Source of the DNA: Myxococcota bacterium
GTDB taxonomy: Bacteria; Myxococcota_A; Polyangia; Polyangiales; Houyiibacteriaceae
Length of the DNA stretch: 64,000 nt
Assembly: GCA_039028875.1 (NCBI GenBank)
Contig: JBCCHE010000024.1
Span: forward strand, 3,851-67,850
Reading direction: 5' to 3'
The position numbers and the translations under genes are program-made. The notes under the pieces were generated by a model that made no database searches, was not told the DNA's origin, and worked only from the letters and a program-made list of their open reading frames with translations. Shown one piece after another: positions 9,596-18,064 of this stretch (its first letter is position 1; each line of letters opens with the position of its first letter).

Positions 9596-9611
9596 TGGCA
9601 CGGGAGCTGCA
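9596..9611 (+). promoter_or_regulatory. Sigma-54 (-24/-12) promoter of hcp
   Basis: TGGCACGGGAGCTGCA: GG-N10-GC spacing, close to the TGGCACG-N4-TTGC consensus, 75 bp before the hcp ATG. Confidence 0.75.
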
Positions 9612-9685
9612 TTGTCTGTCGTCACGAGCGCGGGCACATCACGTAGTCGAGCTCGGAACCGTCAAACCCAACGAAGGATGTTTTC

Positions 9686-10171
9686 ATGTCACAGTCAGTT
9701 CATCTTTGGCTCCAAGCGAACGGCGAGGCCGTCGAGGGCGAGTCGTCCGTCAACACCATGGAGCGCGAGAACACCATCGAGTGCTTCAGCTTCGAGTACG
9801 GCGTCACCGGCGGATCGGAAGCGTTCTCCGGATCGCCGTCGGGTGTCCGCAACTACGAGCCAATTCGAGTCACGAAGCGAGTCGACAAGTCGTCGCCGCT
9901 CCTGTGGCGAGCGCTCTGCAACAACGAGGCGATCGACGCGACTTTCAAGTTCTACCGACCCGACACAGGGGCCGGCGCGCTGACCGAACACTTCTACACG
10001 GTGGAGATCAGCGAAGGCCGAATCGCCGGAATCGACTTCGTCTCTCCGGACTCGATGATGGGGTCCAACGAACCGCCAACCGAGACGATCAGCTTCGTGT
10101 ACAACAACATGATGCAGACGTACGAGACGACGGGCGCTGCGCACCAGGACAGCTTCCGCGATCAAGGCTGA
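9686..10171 (+). CDS. hcp: T6SS tube protein Hcp (TssD)
   Basis: 161 aa; EGESS, IECFSFEY, PIRVTKRVDKSSPLL, FKFYR, ETISFVY motifs. Confidence 0.95.
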   Translation: MSQSVHLWLQANGEAVEGESSVNTMERENTIECFSFEYGVTGGSEAFSGSPSGVRNYEPIRVTKRVDKSSPLLWRALCNNEAIDATFKFYRPDTGAGALTEHFYTVEISEGRIAGIDFVSPDSMMGSNEPPTETISFVYNNMMQTYETTGAAHQDSFRDQG

Positions 10172-10175
10172 CCGA

Positions 10176-11141
10176 TCACTCCGGCAGCGTGACCGAGGAG
10201 AAAAGCTCCCACATCGCGTCGTTCGCTTGGATGTCGAAGGTGCTGACGCCGAGGTCGACCGTGAGGTCCGCCGTGCCCACCTCGGGGCACGGGGACCCCG
10301 GCCAGCAGTGACCGCCGCCGTCGACCGTACAGAGGGTCACCGAAGCCCCCGCATCGCAGTCTGACGCGGTCTCGCATGTGACCATGCCTTCGTCGAACGT
10401 CACAACCGGGTCGTCGGCGCAACCGTTTCGAGCCAACCAGCCGTCGACCGAGTCGGCCACACTGATCGACTCGACCAGCCCGCCCCCCTCGTAGAAGATG
10501 ATGTTGTCCGCCGTTCCGTGGAAATGGATCACCGGGACGGGTCGCGAGGGGTTGCAGGTCTCGAGCCCGAGGACACCCGCGACCGGTGCAATGGCGGCGA
10601 TCACGTCAGCCGCCTCACAGGCGAGCCGATGCGACATGAAGCCACCGTTGGACATGCCGGTCGCGTAAACGCGGCGAAGGTCGATGCAACCGCGCGCCCC
10701 GAGGTCGTCGATCAGGGCTCGGGTAAACCCCACGTCATCGACGCCTTGTGCCGCGGAGGTCCCACAGCACGCGCCGCCGTTCCACGAGCTCGAAAGGCCG
10801 TTCGGATACGCGACGATGAACCCGTTGGCGTCGGCGGTCTCGTCCATTCCGGTGAATCCTCGCTGCGCGGGTCCACTCGAGGTGAACCCATGGAAGTTGA
10901 GAACGAGCGGCATCGGAGCGGTGCCATCATAGGTCGGGGGTACGTGGAGCTCGTAGCTGCGCATCCTCCCGTCGTACTCGAAGTCGACGCGCTCGAGGCT
11001 GTCGTCGAGCGTGCCCTCGATGCATCCGATGCTGGTGGAGGACGAAGAGGGTGCTTGCTCCCCGCCGTCACTGCAGGACGCGGCAATGACCGTCAGGAAA
11101 AGCCAAACGCCGACCTGAAGACTTGTGGCGAAACGTGTCAT
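10176..11141 (-). CDS. PHB depolymerase/LpqP-family esterase lipoprotein
   Basis: Lipobox IAASC; PLVLNFHG, VDDVGF, GMSNGG nucleophile elbow, FHGTAD, GGGHCWPG. Confidence 0.85.
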   Translation of the reverse strand: MTRFATSLQVGVWLFLTVIAASCSDGGEQAPSSSSTSIGCIEGTLDDSLERVDFEYDGRMRSYELHVPPTYDGTAPMPLVLNFHGFTSSGPAQRGFTGMDETADANGFIVAYPNGLSSSWNGGACCGTSAAQGVDDVGFTRALIDDLGARGCIDLRRVYATGMSNGGFMSHRLACEAADVIAAIAPVAGVLGLETCNPSRPVPVIHFHGTADNIIFYEGGGLVESISVADSVDGWLARNGCADDPVVTFDEGMVTCETASDCDAGASVTLCTVDGGGHCWPGSPCPEVGTADLTVDLGVSTFDIQANDAMWELFSSVTLPE

Positions 11142-11182
11142 CGTGCCGTCACCCTAGCACGTTGGAGGCCGGAAACTTCGCG

Positions 11183-12772
11183 CTATTCGTAGCGCAGACC
11201 CTCGACCGGCAGCATTCTCGCCGCCCACCAGGACGGCGCGATGGTGGACACCGTGCAGATCAGGAGGGCGATGGCGATCGTCACCAAGAACACCCCTGGG
11301 CTGATCACGACCGGAAGATGATCGATCAGGTAGACCTTCGGATCGAGTGGAAACCGAATCCGATCGAGATAGGCGACGATGCCTCCCCCGACGAGGACCC
11401 CGATCAGGGTTCCGACGACCCCCACGACGACCCCTTGCACCATGAAGACGATGAGCACGGTCGCGTCGGTTGCACCCATCGCCTTGAGGATCGCGATCTC
11501 ACGCTTCTTTTCGAGCACGATCATGATCAGGGTGGCGATGACATTAAACGCGGCCACGAAGATGATCGTCGCGATGACCAACGTCAGCGCGATCTTCTGG
11601 ACCTCGAGCGCGGTGAAGAGGTTGCGATTGAGCTCTGACCAATCAAGGGTGTGAAACGCGCCGCCAAGCTCCTGTTCGATGCGACGCGCGAGTGCGGCTG
11701 ACGTATCGAGGTCGGCGACGCGGAGCTCGACCCCGGTGACATTGTCCCCCTCGTCGAAGAGCCGTTGGGCCTCATAGAGGTCCGTGTAGACGAGTCCGGA
11801 ATCGTACTCTTGAAACCCGGCTTGAAAGATGCCGATGACCCGAAACTCGCGCGACCGGGTTGCCCCGGTGCCCGCCGTCCCGAGCGAAAGGCCGAGCGCA
11901 GCCAAGGGGGAAATCATCCTGACGCGGTCCCCGACGGCGACGCCGAGGTCTTCGGCGAGCGTCTTTCCGACGACGATGCCTGGAAGGGCGTCGAGTGGTT
12001 CTCGCGCGGCGCCCATCGATAGGCTCTCTTCCCAGGCGGGGTCGTCGGGCAATCCAAGCGCGTCTTCGTCGAACGCGCCTAGCACGGCCTCGATATCGGC
12101 CGGCGCAGCAACCTCGGGCCCCGCGGCCCGCTCCCGCGCTTGTTCGCGTGTGCGATCTTGATCCCAGATGGTCGGGCGCCGGGTAGCGCCGAACCCGTCG
12201 TCTTTCGGGGAGTCCTCGTCGGATGCGCGCGTCCCTTGGCTGCCGGGCGCGCCAGCCAGCCCCTCGTCTCCGGTGCCCTCGGCGAGGTTACGAAGCCAGT
12301 TCCAATCGTCTTCTGGAACGACGGCGCGATCGGGGGTCGGGGCGGCGCCAGGGCGTCGCAGACTCTCGAGGCTGCCGGCGATGATCTGTTGCGGCAGGTC
12401 GAGGACCGAATGGACGCCTTCGGGGGTGACTCCTTTGGCCAGGACCACGGCGCGTCGCTCGCCTTTGGTGAGCATCATCTCATGGATCGAAAATGGGGCG
12501 ATGCCTTCCACCTCGGGCATCTCCCCAATCGACGCGAGGACCTCTGGATAGTCCTTGAACTCGCGGCCGTACTTGAGAATCAAGACGTGGGCGTTCACGC
12601 CGAGGACCTTGTCCTTGAACGACTGCTCGAAGCCGGTCGTGATCGACAAGACCGCCAGGAGCGCCGCGACCCCGAGTGCTACCCCGACGATCGAGATCAG
12701 GGTGATCATCGAGACCGTGGCCCGCTTCTTGGAGCGGAGGTAGCGAAGGCCGATCTGAAGGCTGTAGCTCAC
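11183..12772 (-). CDS. lolE: Lipoprotein-releasing ABC permease LolC/E with a large periplasmic insertion
   Basis: IGLRYLR, SIVGVALGVAALLAVLSITTGF, DWSELNRNLFTAL, EKKREIAILKAMGA, YLIDHLPV; GTG start at 12772 inferred. Confidence 0.88.
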   Translation of the reverse strand: MSYSLQIGLRYLRSKKRATVSMITLISIVGVALGVAALLAVLSITTGFEQSFKDKVLGVNAHVLILKYGREFKDYPEVLASIGEMPEVEGIAPFSIHEMMLTKGERRAVVLAKGVTPEGVHSVLDLPQQIIAGSLESLRRPGAAPTPDRAVVPEDDWNWLRNLAEGTGDEGLAGAPGSQGTRASDEDSPKDDGFGATRRPTIWDQDRTREQARERAAGPEVAAPADIEAVLGAFDEDALGLPDDPAWEESLSMGAAREPLDALPGIVVGKTLAEDLGVAVGDRVRMISPLAALGLSLGTAGTGATRSREFRVIGIFQAGFQEYDSGLVYTDLYEAQRLFDEGDNVTGVELRVADLDTSAALARRIEQELGGAFHTLDWSELNRNLFTALEVQKIALTLVIATIIFVAAFNVIATLIMIVLEKKREIAILKAMGATDATVLIVFMVQGVVVGVVGTLIGVLVGGGIVAYLDRIRFPLDPKVYLIDHLPVVISPGVFLVTIAIALLICTVSTIAPSWWAARMLPVEGLRYE

Positions 12773-12892
12773 GCTTCGGAGCCTTATCACGCGTTTCTGG
12801 ATAAGAAAGGGGATGGGCCCGCGGAAACGAGGGTCCAGAGAACTGACCCCGAAAGGTCGACTTTGGAAGGGGGACTCACTAGGGTGCCACAG

Positions 12893-15052
12893 ATGAAGCG
12901 GGTTTGGCCCTTGGCGTGTTGCTTCGGGTTGCTGATGGGTTGCCATCAGCAGCAGCACGCACGCCCAGAGATGTGGCCTCCGCAGAAGGCGCCCGCACCG
13001 GTGGCAGCCCATGCGCCCGCGCCGCCACCGAAGGTTCTCGACCCGACCCTCGTCGAGATCTCGGATCGCTCCCCGGTGATGCAAGCCAGGCGCGCGCTCG
13101 ACGAAGGAAACCCATCCAAGGCCCGAGAGATCGCCGAGGCGGCGGTCGGCCAAGCGCACGCCCAAGACAAGGGGCGGCTCCACTGGCTCGCGGGCCAAGC
13201 CGCCGCAAAGGATGGCTATGCGCAGTTGGCGTTGGCGCACTTCGATACGCTCGGCGGTTTCAACCATCCGTTGTCGAAATGGGCCAAGCTCCGACGCGCG
13301 ATGCTCCTCGAGCGACGGGATCCCGTGGCCGCGAACGCGATCGCGACTGAGCTCACCGACGAGTGGGGAGGCCGCGACCGTGCGGTCGCAATCGTCGAGC
13401 GCCTCAACCGAAGCCCGGATGCGCCGGCCGAAGTCGAAACACCTTCCACCGGGGGCAGCGCCACGGCGAAAGGGCGCGCCAAGCAAACCCAGGCCAAGGC
13501 CGAGTCCTTCTATCGTGCCAAACGTTACCGTGAGGCCGAGCGCCTCTTCGGGCGCGTAACCCGTAGCGCGAAGCCCGGGTCGCGCGTGTGGTGTGACGCG
13601 CGCTACAAGCAGGCCCGGTCACTCCTTCAAGACCGAGAGCGTACCCGCGGCGCCCCGATCATGCGGGAGGTTGCCGACCGCTGCCTCAAACTAGACGCGG
13701 ATACCCGTGCATGGGCGCGCTACTACGGGGCGCGAGCTTACGGTCGTATCGGTCAGTGGGATGAAGCGATCCGTCAGTTCGAGCAGCTCGAGAAAGAGGC
13801 GCCTGGCCATCGGCTCGCCGATGACGCCAGTTATCGATCAGCACTCGCGGAGCTCGAGAACGGCCACGAAGGCGCGGCGCGTGGTCGCCTTGCGACGATC
13901 GCGAATCGCTATCCGGAGGGTGACATGTGGCCGCGCGCGATCTTTCGGCTCGGCTGGCTCGAGTTGCGCAGAGGGCGCTCGGAAGAGGCGTTCAGACACT
14001 TCGATGCCCTCGTTCACAAGGGCGGAGACGAAGACGAGGAAGGGATCACGGGCCGGGCCGAGTATTGGCGATCCAGAGCGTTGTTCCAGATGGGGCGGCG
14101 ACTCGACGCAGTACAAGGCTACGTCGAGATCGCGGAACGTTGGCCGCTTCGTTACTACGCGCAGCAAGCGCTGCGCCGACTCGGGGAGATCGTCCCTGAC
14201 ACAGCCAGCGAGATCCTCGACGACATGCGGGCCGGCAGCGAGCCATCGCGGATGGTGTTCGTCTGGCGGGACGAGTTCGACGACCCCGCGTTCGAGCGGA
14301 TGACGGAGCTCCTGGTCGTGGGCGACACGACCTACGCCACCGAGGAGATGAGACAGCTCCACATGGTGGGCCGCGGAGTCGACCCAGAGATGGCCGTCGT
14401 CGGCGCGGTCCTTCTGCAACACGCGGGTGCGGAAGCCAAGCTGAGCCGCGTGATTCGCGATCACTTCGAAGACTTCGAAGGCTTGCTGCCGAAGGGCGAA
14501 GGTCGACTGATCTGGGAGGCCACATACCCGATGGCCTTCTCGCCATTGATCGAAGACGTCGCCGAAACACAGGGCGTTCCACCCGCTTTCGTCCGTGCGA
14601 TCGCGCGGGAAGAGAGCTCGTTCGATCCCGAGGCCGTCTCGTGGGCCAAGGCCTACGGCCTCGTGCAACTGATCATGCCCACAGCGAAGAGGTTCGCCCC
14701 GGAGGTGGGCGAAAAGGCCACGCCGCGGACGCTGCGGCGACCCGAAGTGAACCTCAAGATCGGAACGGCGTACATGGCGTGGCTCTGGGACCGACTCGAG
14801 GCGAACCCTGCGCTCGTGCCCTCGGCTTACAACGCGGGGGAAGGCGCCGTACGGCGGTGGCTCGAGGAAGACTCGTCACGACCGCTCGACGTGTTCATCG
14901 AAGAGATCCCTTACGACGAGACGCGCCGGTACACGCGTCGCGTACTCCAGACTTACGGGGTCTACCAATGGTTGGCCGACGAACAGCTTCCCCAGCTAAG
15001 GAGCGCACTGCCCGAGTCGACGGCAGGACGCCTTCGTGCCGCATCCCGCTAA
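12893..15052 (+). CDS. Slt70-like soluble lytic transglycosylase lipoprotein with TPR repeats
   Basis: Lipobox LLMGC; TPR-like helices; AIAREESSF, AYGLVQLIMPTA, AYNAG, IPYDETRRY. Confidence 0.9.
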   Translation: MKRVWPLACCFGLLMGCHQQQHARPEMWPPQKAPAPVAAHAPAPPPKVLDPTLVEISDRSPVMQARRALDEGNPSKAREIAEAAVGQAHAQDKGRLHWLAGQAAAKDGYAQLALAHFDTLGGFNHPLSKWAKLRRAMLLERRDPVAANAIATELTDEWGGRDRAVAIVERLNRSPDAPAEVETPSTGGSATAKGRAKQTQAKAESFYRAKRYREAERLFGRVTRSAKPGSRVWCDARYKQARSLLQDRERTRGAPIMREVADRCLKLDADTRAWARYYGARAYGRIGQWDEAIRQFEQLEKEAPGHRLADDASYRSALAELENGHEGAARGRLATIANRYPEGDMWPRAIFRLGWLELRRGRSEEAFRHFDALVHKGGDEDEEGITGRAEYWRSRALFQMGRRLDAVQGYVEIAERWPLRYYAQQALRRLGEIVPDTASEILDDMRAGSEPSRMVFVWRDEFDDPAFERMTELLVVGDTTYATEEMRQLHMVGRGVDPEMAVVGAVLLQHAGAEAKLSRVIRDHFEDFEGLLPKGEGRLIWEATYPMAFSPLIEDVAETQGVPPAFVRAIAREESSFDPEAVSWAKAYGLVQLIMPTAKRFAPEVGEKATPRTLRRPEVNLKIGTAYMAWLWDRLEANPALVPSAYNAGEGAVRRWLEEDSSRPLDVFIEEIPYDETRRYTRRVLQTYGVYQWLADEQLPQLRSALPESTAGRLRAASR

Positions 15053-15081
15053 CGTAGCCGCAGCCTGCGCGATGGTGCTGC

Positions 15082-16845
15082 CTATGCCCCCGCCTCTGCG
15101 GGTAGCAGCACCCCAAACTCGAGGGCTTTGTTGACGTCCCCGTCGACACGGAGCTTGCCTTGGACGTACGCGATCTGCGGATCGAGCTCTCCTTGCAGGA
15201 TCTGGCTCAAGTGATCCCCGCGAATCGTGAGCGTGGCGTCGGTTTCGGCGTTGGCGTCCTCGGTGACGCTTCGCCCATCGAAATCGACCATCCAGCTCTT
15301 GTCGCCGGAACCCGTCACGCGGAGTTGGAATCGACCGGACCCGAGCCGGTCGTCAGGCGTATCGCGCAACGTGGACCGAATATGCTCGACGAACGACGCC
15401 ACCTCTCGGTCGACATGGCCGTTGTCCTCGTCACGAACTTGCTCGGGGACGGCCGCGGCTTCCAATACGTTGGCTTCCTCGCGGATGTAGCGCGTGAACT
15501 TATCGAGGTCTGGCATCACGGCTGGAGACGACGTCGGGCTGATCGAGAGCACGCCGTTGTAGCTGAGGACGGTGATGAGCAGGCCCATGCCATCCATGAC
15601 CGGCGCCATCCCCATGGTCGCGAGAAGCTTGTGGCCGGCCATGTAGAGGTTCATCTGAGGACCCGGCACGTTCGTGATCACGAGATTGAAGAAGGGATTG
15701 TGGAGCTCCGACACGTGAAAACGCGAGTAGAGCCGGGTCATTCGATTGGCGAGTCCGAACGGAATGAACTCCGCCAGGTCAGACGCAGTACGCGCCGCAC
15801 CCGCTTTTTCGACCGCCTTTCCTTTCTTCGACCTCGACTTCAGGGCGTCGAGTCGCTCGAGGGGGTCTTCGACATCGGTCGCGAGCTCGACCAGCATCGC
15901 GGACACCATGTTGCCCATCTCGCCGTGCTGGTCCTTTCCGCGCGTCGAAACGGGGCACATGGCAACCAAGCGCTTCGGCGGAAGCGCTCCCCGATCGATC
16001 AGGTATCGACGGAGGGCGCCCGCGCAAACCGCCAACACGACATCGTTGAGTGTGCAACCGCGCGCCTCTTTGATCGCCTTGACCCGATCGAGGTCGAGGA
16101 GCGCGGTGTTCCAGATACGCTGCCCGGAGATCAGATGATTGAAAGGCGTGACGGGCGCACTCATCGGGTTCGGCGGTGCGTCCGACCCGGCCTGCTTCTG
16201 TGTTTCGGACGTGGCCTTGGCTGCACCCATGGCCTCCTTGGCAACGCGGATGATCTCACGAGGCTTGCCGGCGATCTTCTGTCCCGTGTACCGCAACACC
16301 TCGAGCTCGTTCGGAATCGGCGGCACGCGGCGGGCCTTCTCCTTTGGGAACTCGCGAGGCTCGCGGGTCATGTCGAGCAGAATGCCGAGCATGTCGGCAC
16401 CCGACACGCCGTCTATCGCCGCGTGATGCATCTTGCTGACCAGCGCCACTGACCCGGGGGGGGCCTGGGGAATGTTCTCGAGCCCCTCGATGAACGTCAT
16501 CTCCCAAAGCGGTCGTGTGCGGTCGAGCGGCACACTGAAGAGTCGACTCGCAAGGCCGCGGAGCTCCTTCCAGTCGCCTGGGCTCGGTAGTGCAACGTGC
16601 TGCAGGTGCATGTCGATATTGAAGTCGGGATCTTCTGCCCAGTAGGGCTTCCCGATCCCAAGGGGCACCATCACGAGCCTCTCGCGCATCCGCGGCACCA
16701 TGTGAAGGCGCGCGTTCATCATGTCTCGAAAATCACTGAACCGAATCGAACCCTCGAACACCAGCACGCTGCCGACGTGCATGGGTTGCCGAGGAGTCTC
16801 GAGGAACAGGAACGACGAATCGAGTCCGGTGAGCGGCTTGAGCAT
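15082..16845 (-). CDS. Wax ester synthase/diacylglycerol acyltransferase fused to a C-terminal SCP2 domain
   Basis: LTGLDSSFLFLE..PMHVG, HHAAIDG catalytic motif, NLVITNVPGP; C-terminus DATLTI...GELDPQIAYVQGKLRVDGD is SCP2-like. Confidence 0.9.
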   Translation of the reverse strand: MLKPLTGLDSSFLFLETPRQPMHVGSVLVFEGSIRFSDFRDMMNARLHMVPRMRERLVMVPLGIGKPYWAEDPDFNIDMHLQHVALPSPGDWKELRGLASRLFSVPLDRTRPLWEMTFIEGLENIPQAPPGSVALVSKMHHAAIDGVSGADMLGILLDMTREPREFPKEKARRVPPIPNELEVLRYTGQKIAGKPREIIRVAKEAMGAAKATSETQKQAGSDAPPNPMSAPVTPFNHLISGQRIWNTALLDLDRVKAIKEARGCTLNDVVLAVCAGALRRYLIDRGALPPKRLVAMCPVSTRGKDQHGEMGNMVSAMLVELATDVEDPLERLDALKSRSKKGKAVEKAGAARTASDLAEFIPFGLANRMTRLYSRFHVSELHNPFFNLVITNVPGPQMNLYMAGHKLLATMGMAPVMDGMGLLITVLSYNGVLSISPTSSPAVMPDLDKFTRYIREEANVLEAAAVPEQVRDEDNGHVDREVASFVEHIRSTLRDTPDDRLGSGRFQLRVTGSGDKSWMVDFDGRSVTEDANAETDATLTIRGDHLSQILQGELDPQIAYVQGKLRVDGDVNKALEFGVLLPAEAGA

Positions 16846-16890
16846 AGACACCAAGGCTACACCCTCGACAGGGAAGATCTACCGTGTTCC

Positions 16891-17979
16891 TCAGGCGCTG
16901 CCGAAAGTCTTGTCGAGGTCCTTCAAAAGGCGCTTCTGTTCGCGGGAGAGCTTCCTCGGAACCACGACTTCGACGACGCAAGCCATGTCCCCGCGGCCGC
17001 GTCCGTTGAGCCTTGGAACGCCCTCGCCCCGCATGATGAGGGTGTCCCCAGGTTGGGTGCCCGACGGGATCTTGAGCGTCCTGGCGGCCGACTCGTCTTC
17101 GTCGAGCACGGGCACCTCGACCTTGGCGCCGAGCGCGGCCTGAGGATAGGTGACCTCGATGCGCTGAATCAGGTCGAAGCCTTCGCGTTGGAAGTGTTCG
17201 TCAGCGGCGATCCGCACCGTGACGTAGAGATCACCGGCCGGCCCGCCTCGAGACCCCGCCTGACCTTGCCCCGTCAACCGAAGCGTTTGCCCCGAGTCGA
17301 CACCGCCCGGAACGTTCACCTTCACGACGCGTTCGAGCTCCTGCTGCCCCGTTCCATCGCATTCTTCACACATGGCCTTGGGCAGGCTTCCGCGACCCCG
17401 GCACGTGGGGCACGTCGTGGTCATCACGAACGCGCCCTGCGCGCGCGCGACTTGCCCTCGGCCACCACAGGTCTCGCAGGCAACGAGCTCACCGTCGAGC
17501 GCCCCTGTGCCGTGGCAGGGCTCGCACGGCGAAGGGTGCGACAAGTCGACTTCGCTCTTGGTACCGAAAGCCGCCTCGCGAAGCGTCAGGACGATGTCGG
17601 TCCGCACGTCCGCGCCACGTTGCGGACCGTTTGGATCGCGACGGCGTCGTCCGAACCCGCCGAAGCCGAACCCGCCGCCAAAGATGTCGCCGAAGATGTC
17701 TTGGAACTGGCTGAAGACGTCGCCGATGTCACCGAAGCCCGGGGCACCCCCGCCACCAAGACCCGCATGACCGAACCTGTCGTAGGTCTCCCGCTTGTTG
17801 GGGTCGCTCAACACCGCGTAGGCCTCGGCGCAGAGCTTGAACCGTTCCTCGGCTTCGGGATTGTCTGGGTTGCGGTCGGGATGGAAGTCGAGGGCCTTCT
17901 GTCGGTAGGCTTTCTTGAGCTCGGTCACCGTCACTTGGCGCGAGACCTCGAGCACCTCGTAGTAGTCCGGCTTGTCCAT
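16891..17979 (-). CDS. dnaJ: Chaperone DnaJ
   Basis: DYYEVL, HPD motif, G/F region, four CxxCxGxG repeats. Confidence 0.97.
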   Translation of the reverse strand: MDKPDYYEVLEVSRQVTVTELKKAYRQKALDFHPDRNPDNPEAEERFKLCAEAYAVLSDPNKRETYDRFGHAGLGGGGAPGFGDIGDVFSQFQDIFGDIFGGGFGFGGFGRRRRDPNGPQRGADVRTDIVLTLREAAFGTKSEVDLSHPSPCEPCHGTGALDGELVACETCGGRGQVARAQGAFVMTTTCPTCRGRGSLPKAMCEECDGTGQQELERVVKVNVPGGVDSGQTLRLTGQGQAGSRGGPAGDLYVTVRIAADEHFQREGFDLIQRIEVTYPQAALGAKVEVPVLDEDESAARTLKIPSGTQPGDTLIMRGEGVPRLNGRGRGDMACVVEVVVPRKLSREQKRLLKDLDKTFGSA

Positions 17980-18009
17980 TACTCCCCGTCGTCAAGAACC
18001 GCGGCGGCA

Positions 18010-18037
18010 ACATAAGTACGCGTTGGCCCCGGTCAAG
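18010..18037 (-). promoter_or_regulatory. Possible heat-shock (RpoH-like) promoter of dnaJ
   Basis: Minus strand reads CTTG-N17-CTTATGT, 30 bp before the dnaJ start; resembles the CTTG-N17-CYTATNT RpoH consensus. Confidence 0.35.
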
Positions 18038-18064
18038 GTCCAGTTAGCCTCGGAAAAATGGGCT

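Noticed and set aside
8572-10311. 579 aa ORF spanning the LysM gene and hcp
   Set aside because: Arg/Gly-rich off-frame product typical of high-GC DNA; overlaps two well-supported genes
10176-11141. Esterase next to hcp as a T6SS lipase effector
   Set aside because: Convergent with hcp, has its own lipoprotein signal, and follows lolE; no evidence of T6SS linkage
12893-15052. Lytic transglycosylase as a T6SS-dedicated wall-opening enzyme
   Set aside because: Ordinary Slt70-like architecture, separated from the cluster by unrelated genes
16845-16870. TAGACA/GCTACA/TCGACA near the WS/DGAT start as a second CarH operator
   Set aside because: Spacing is 11 then 9 bp and the middle unit lacks the T
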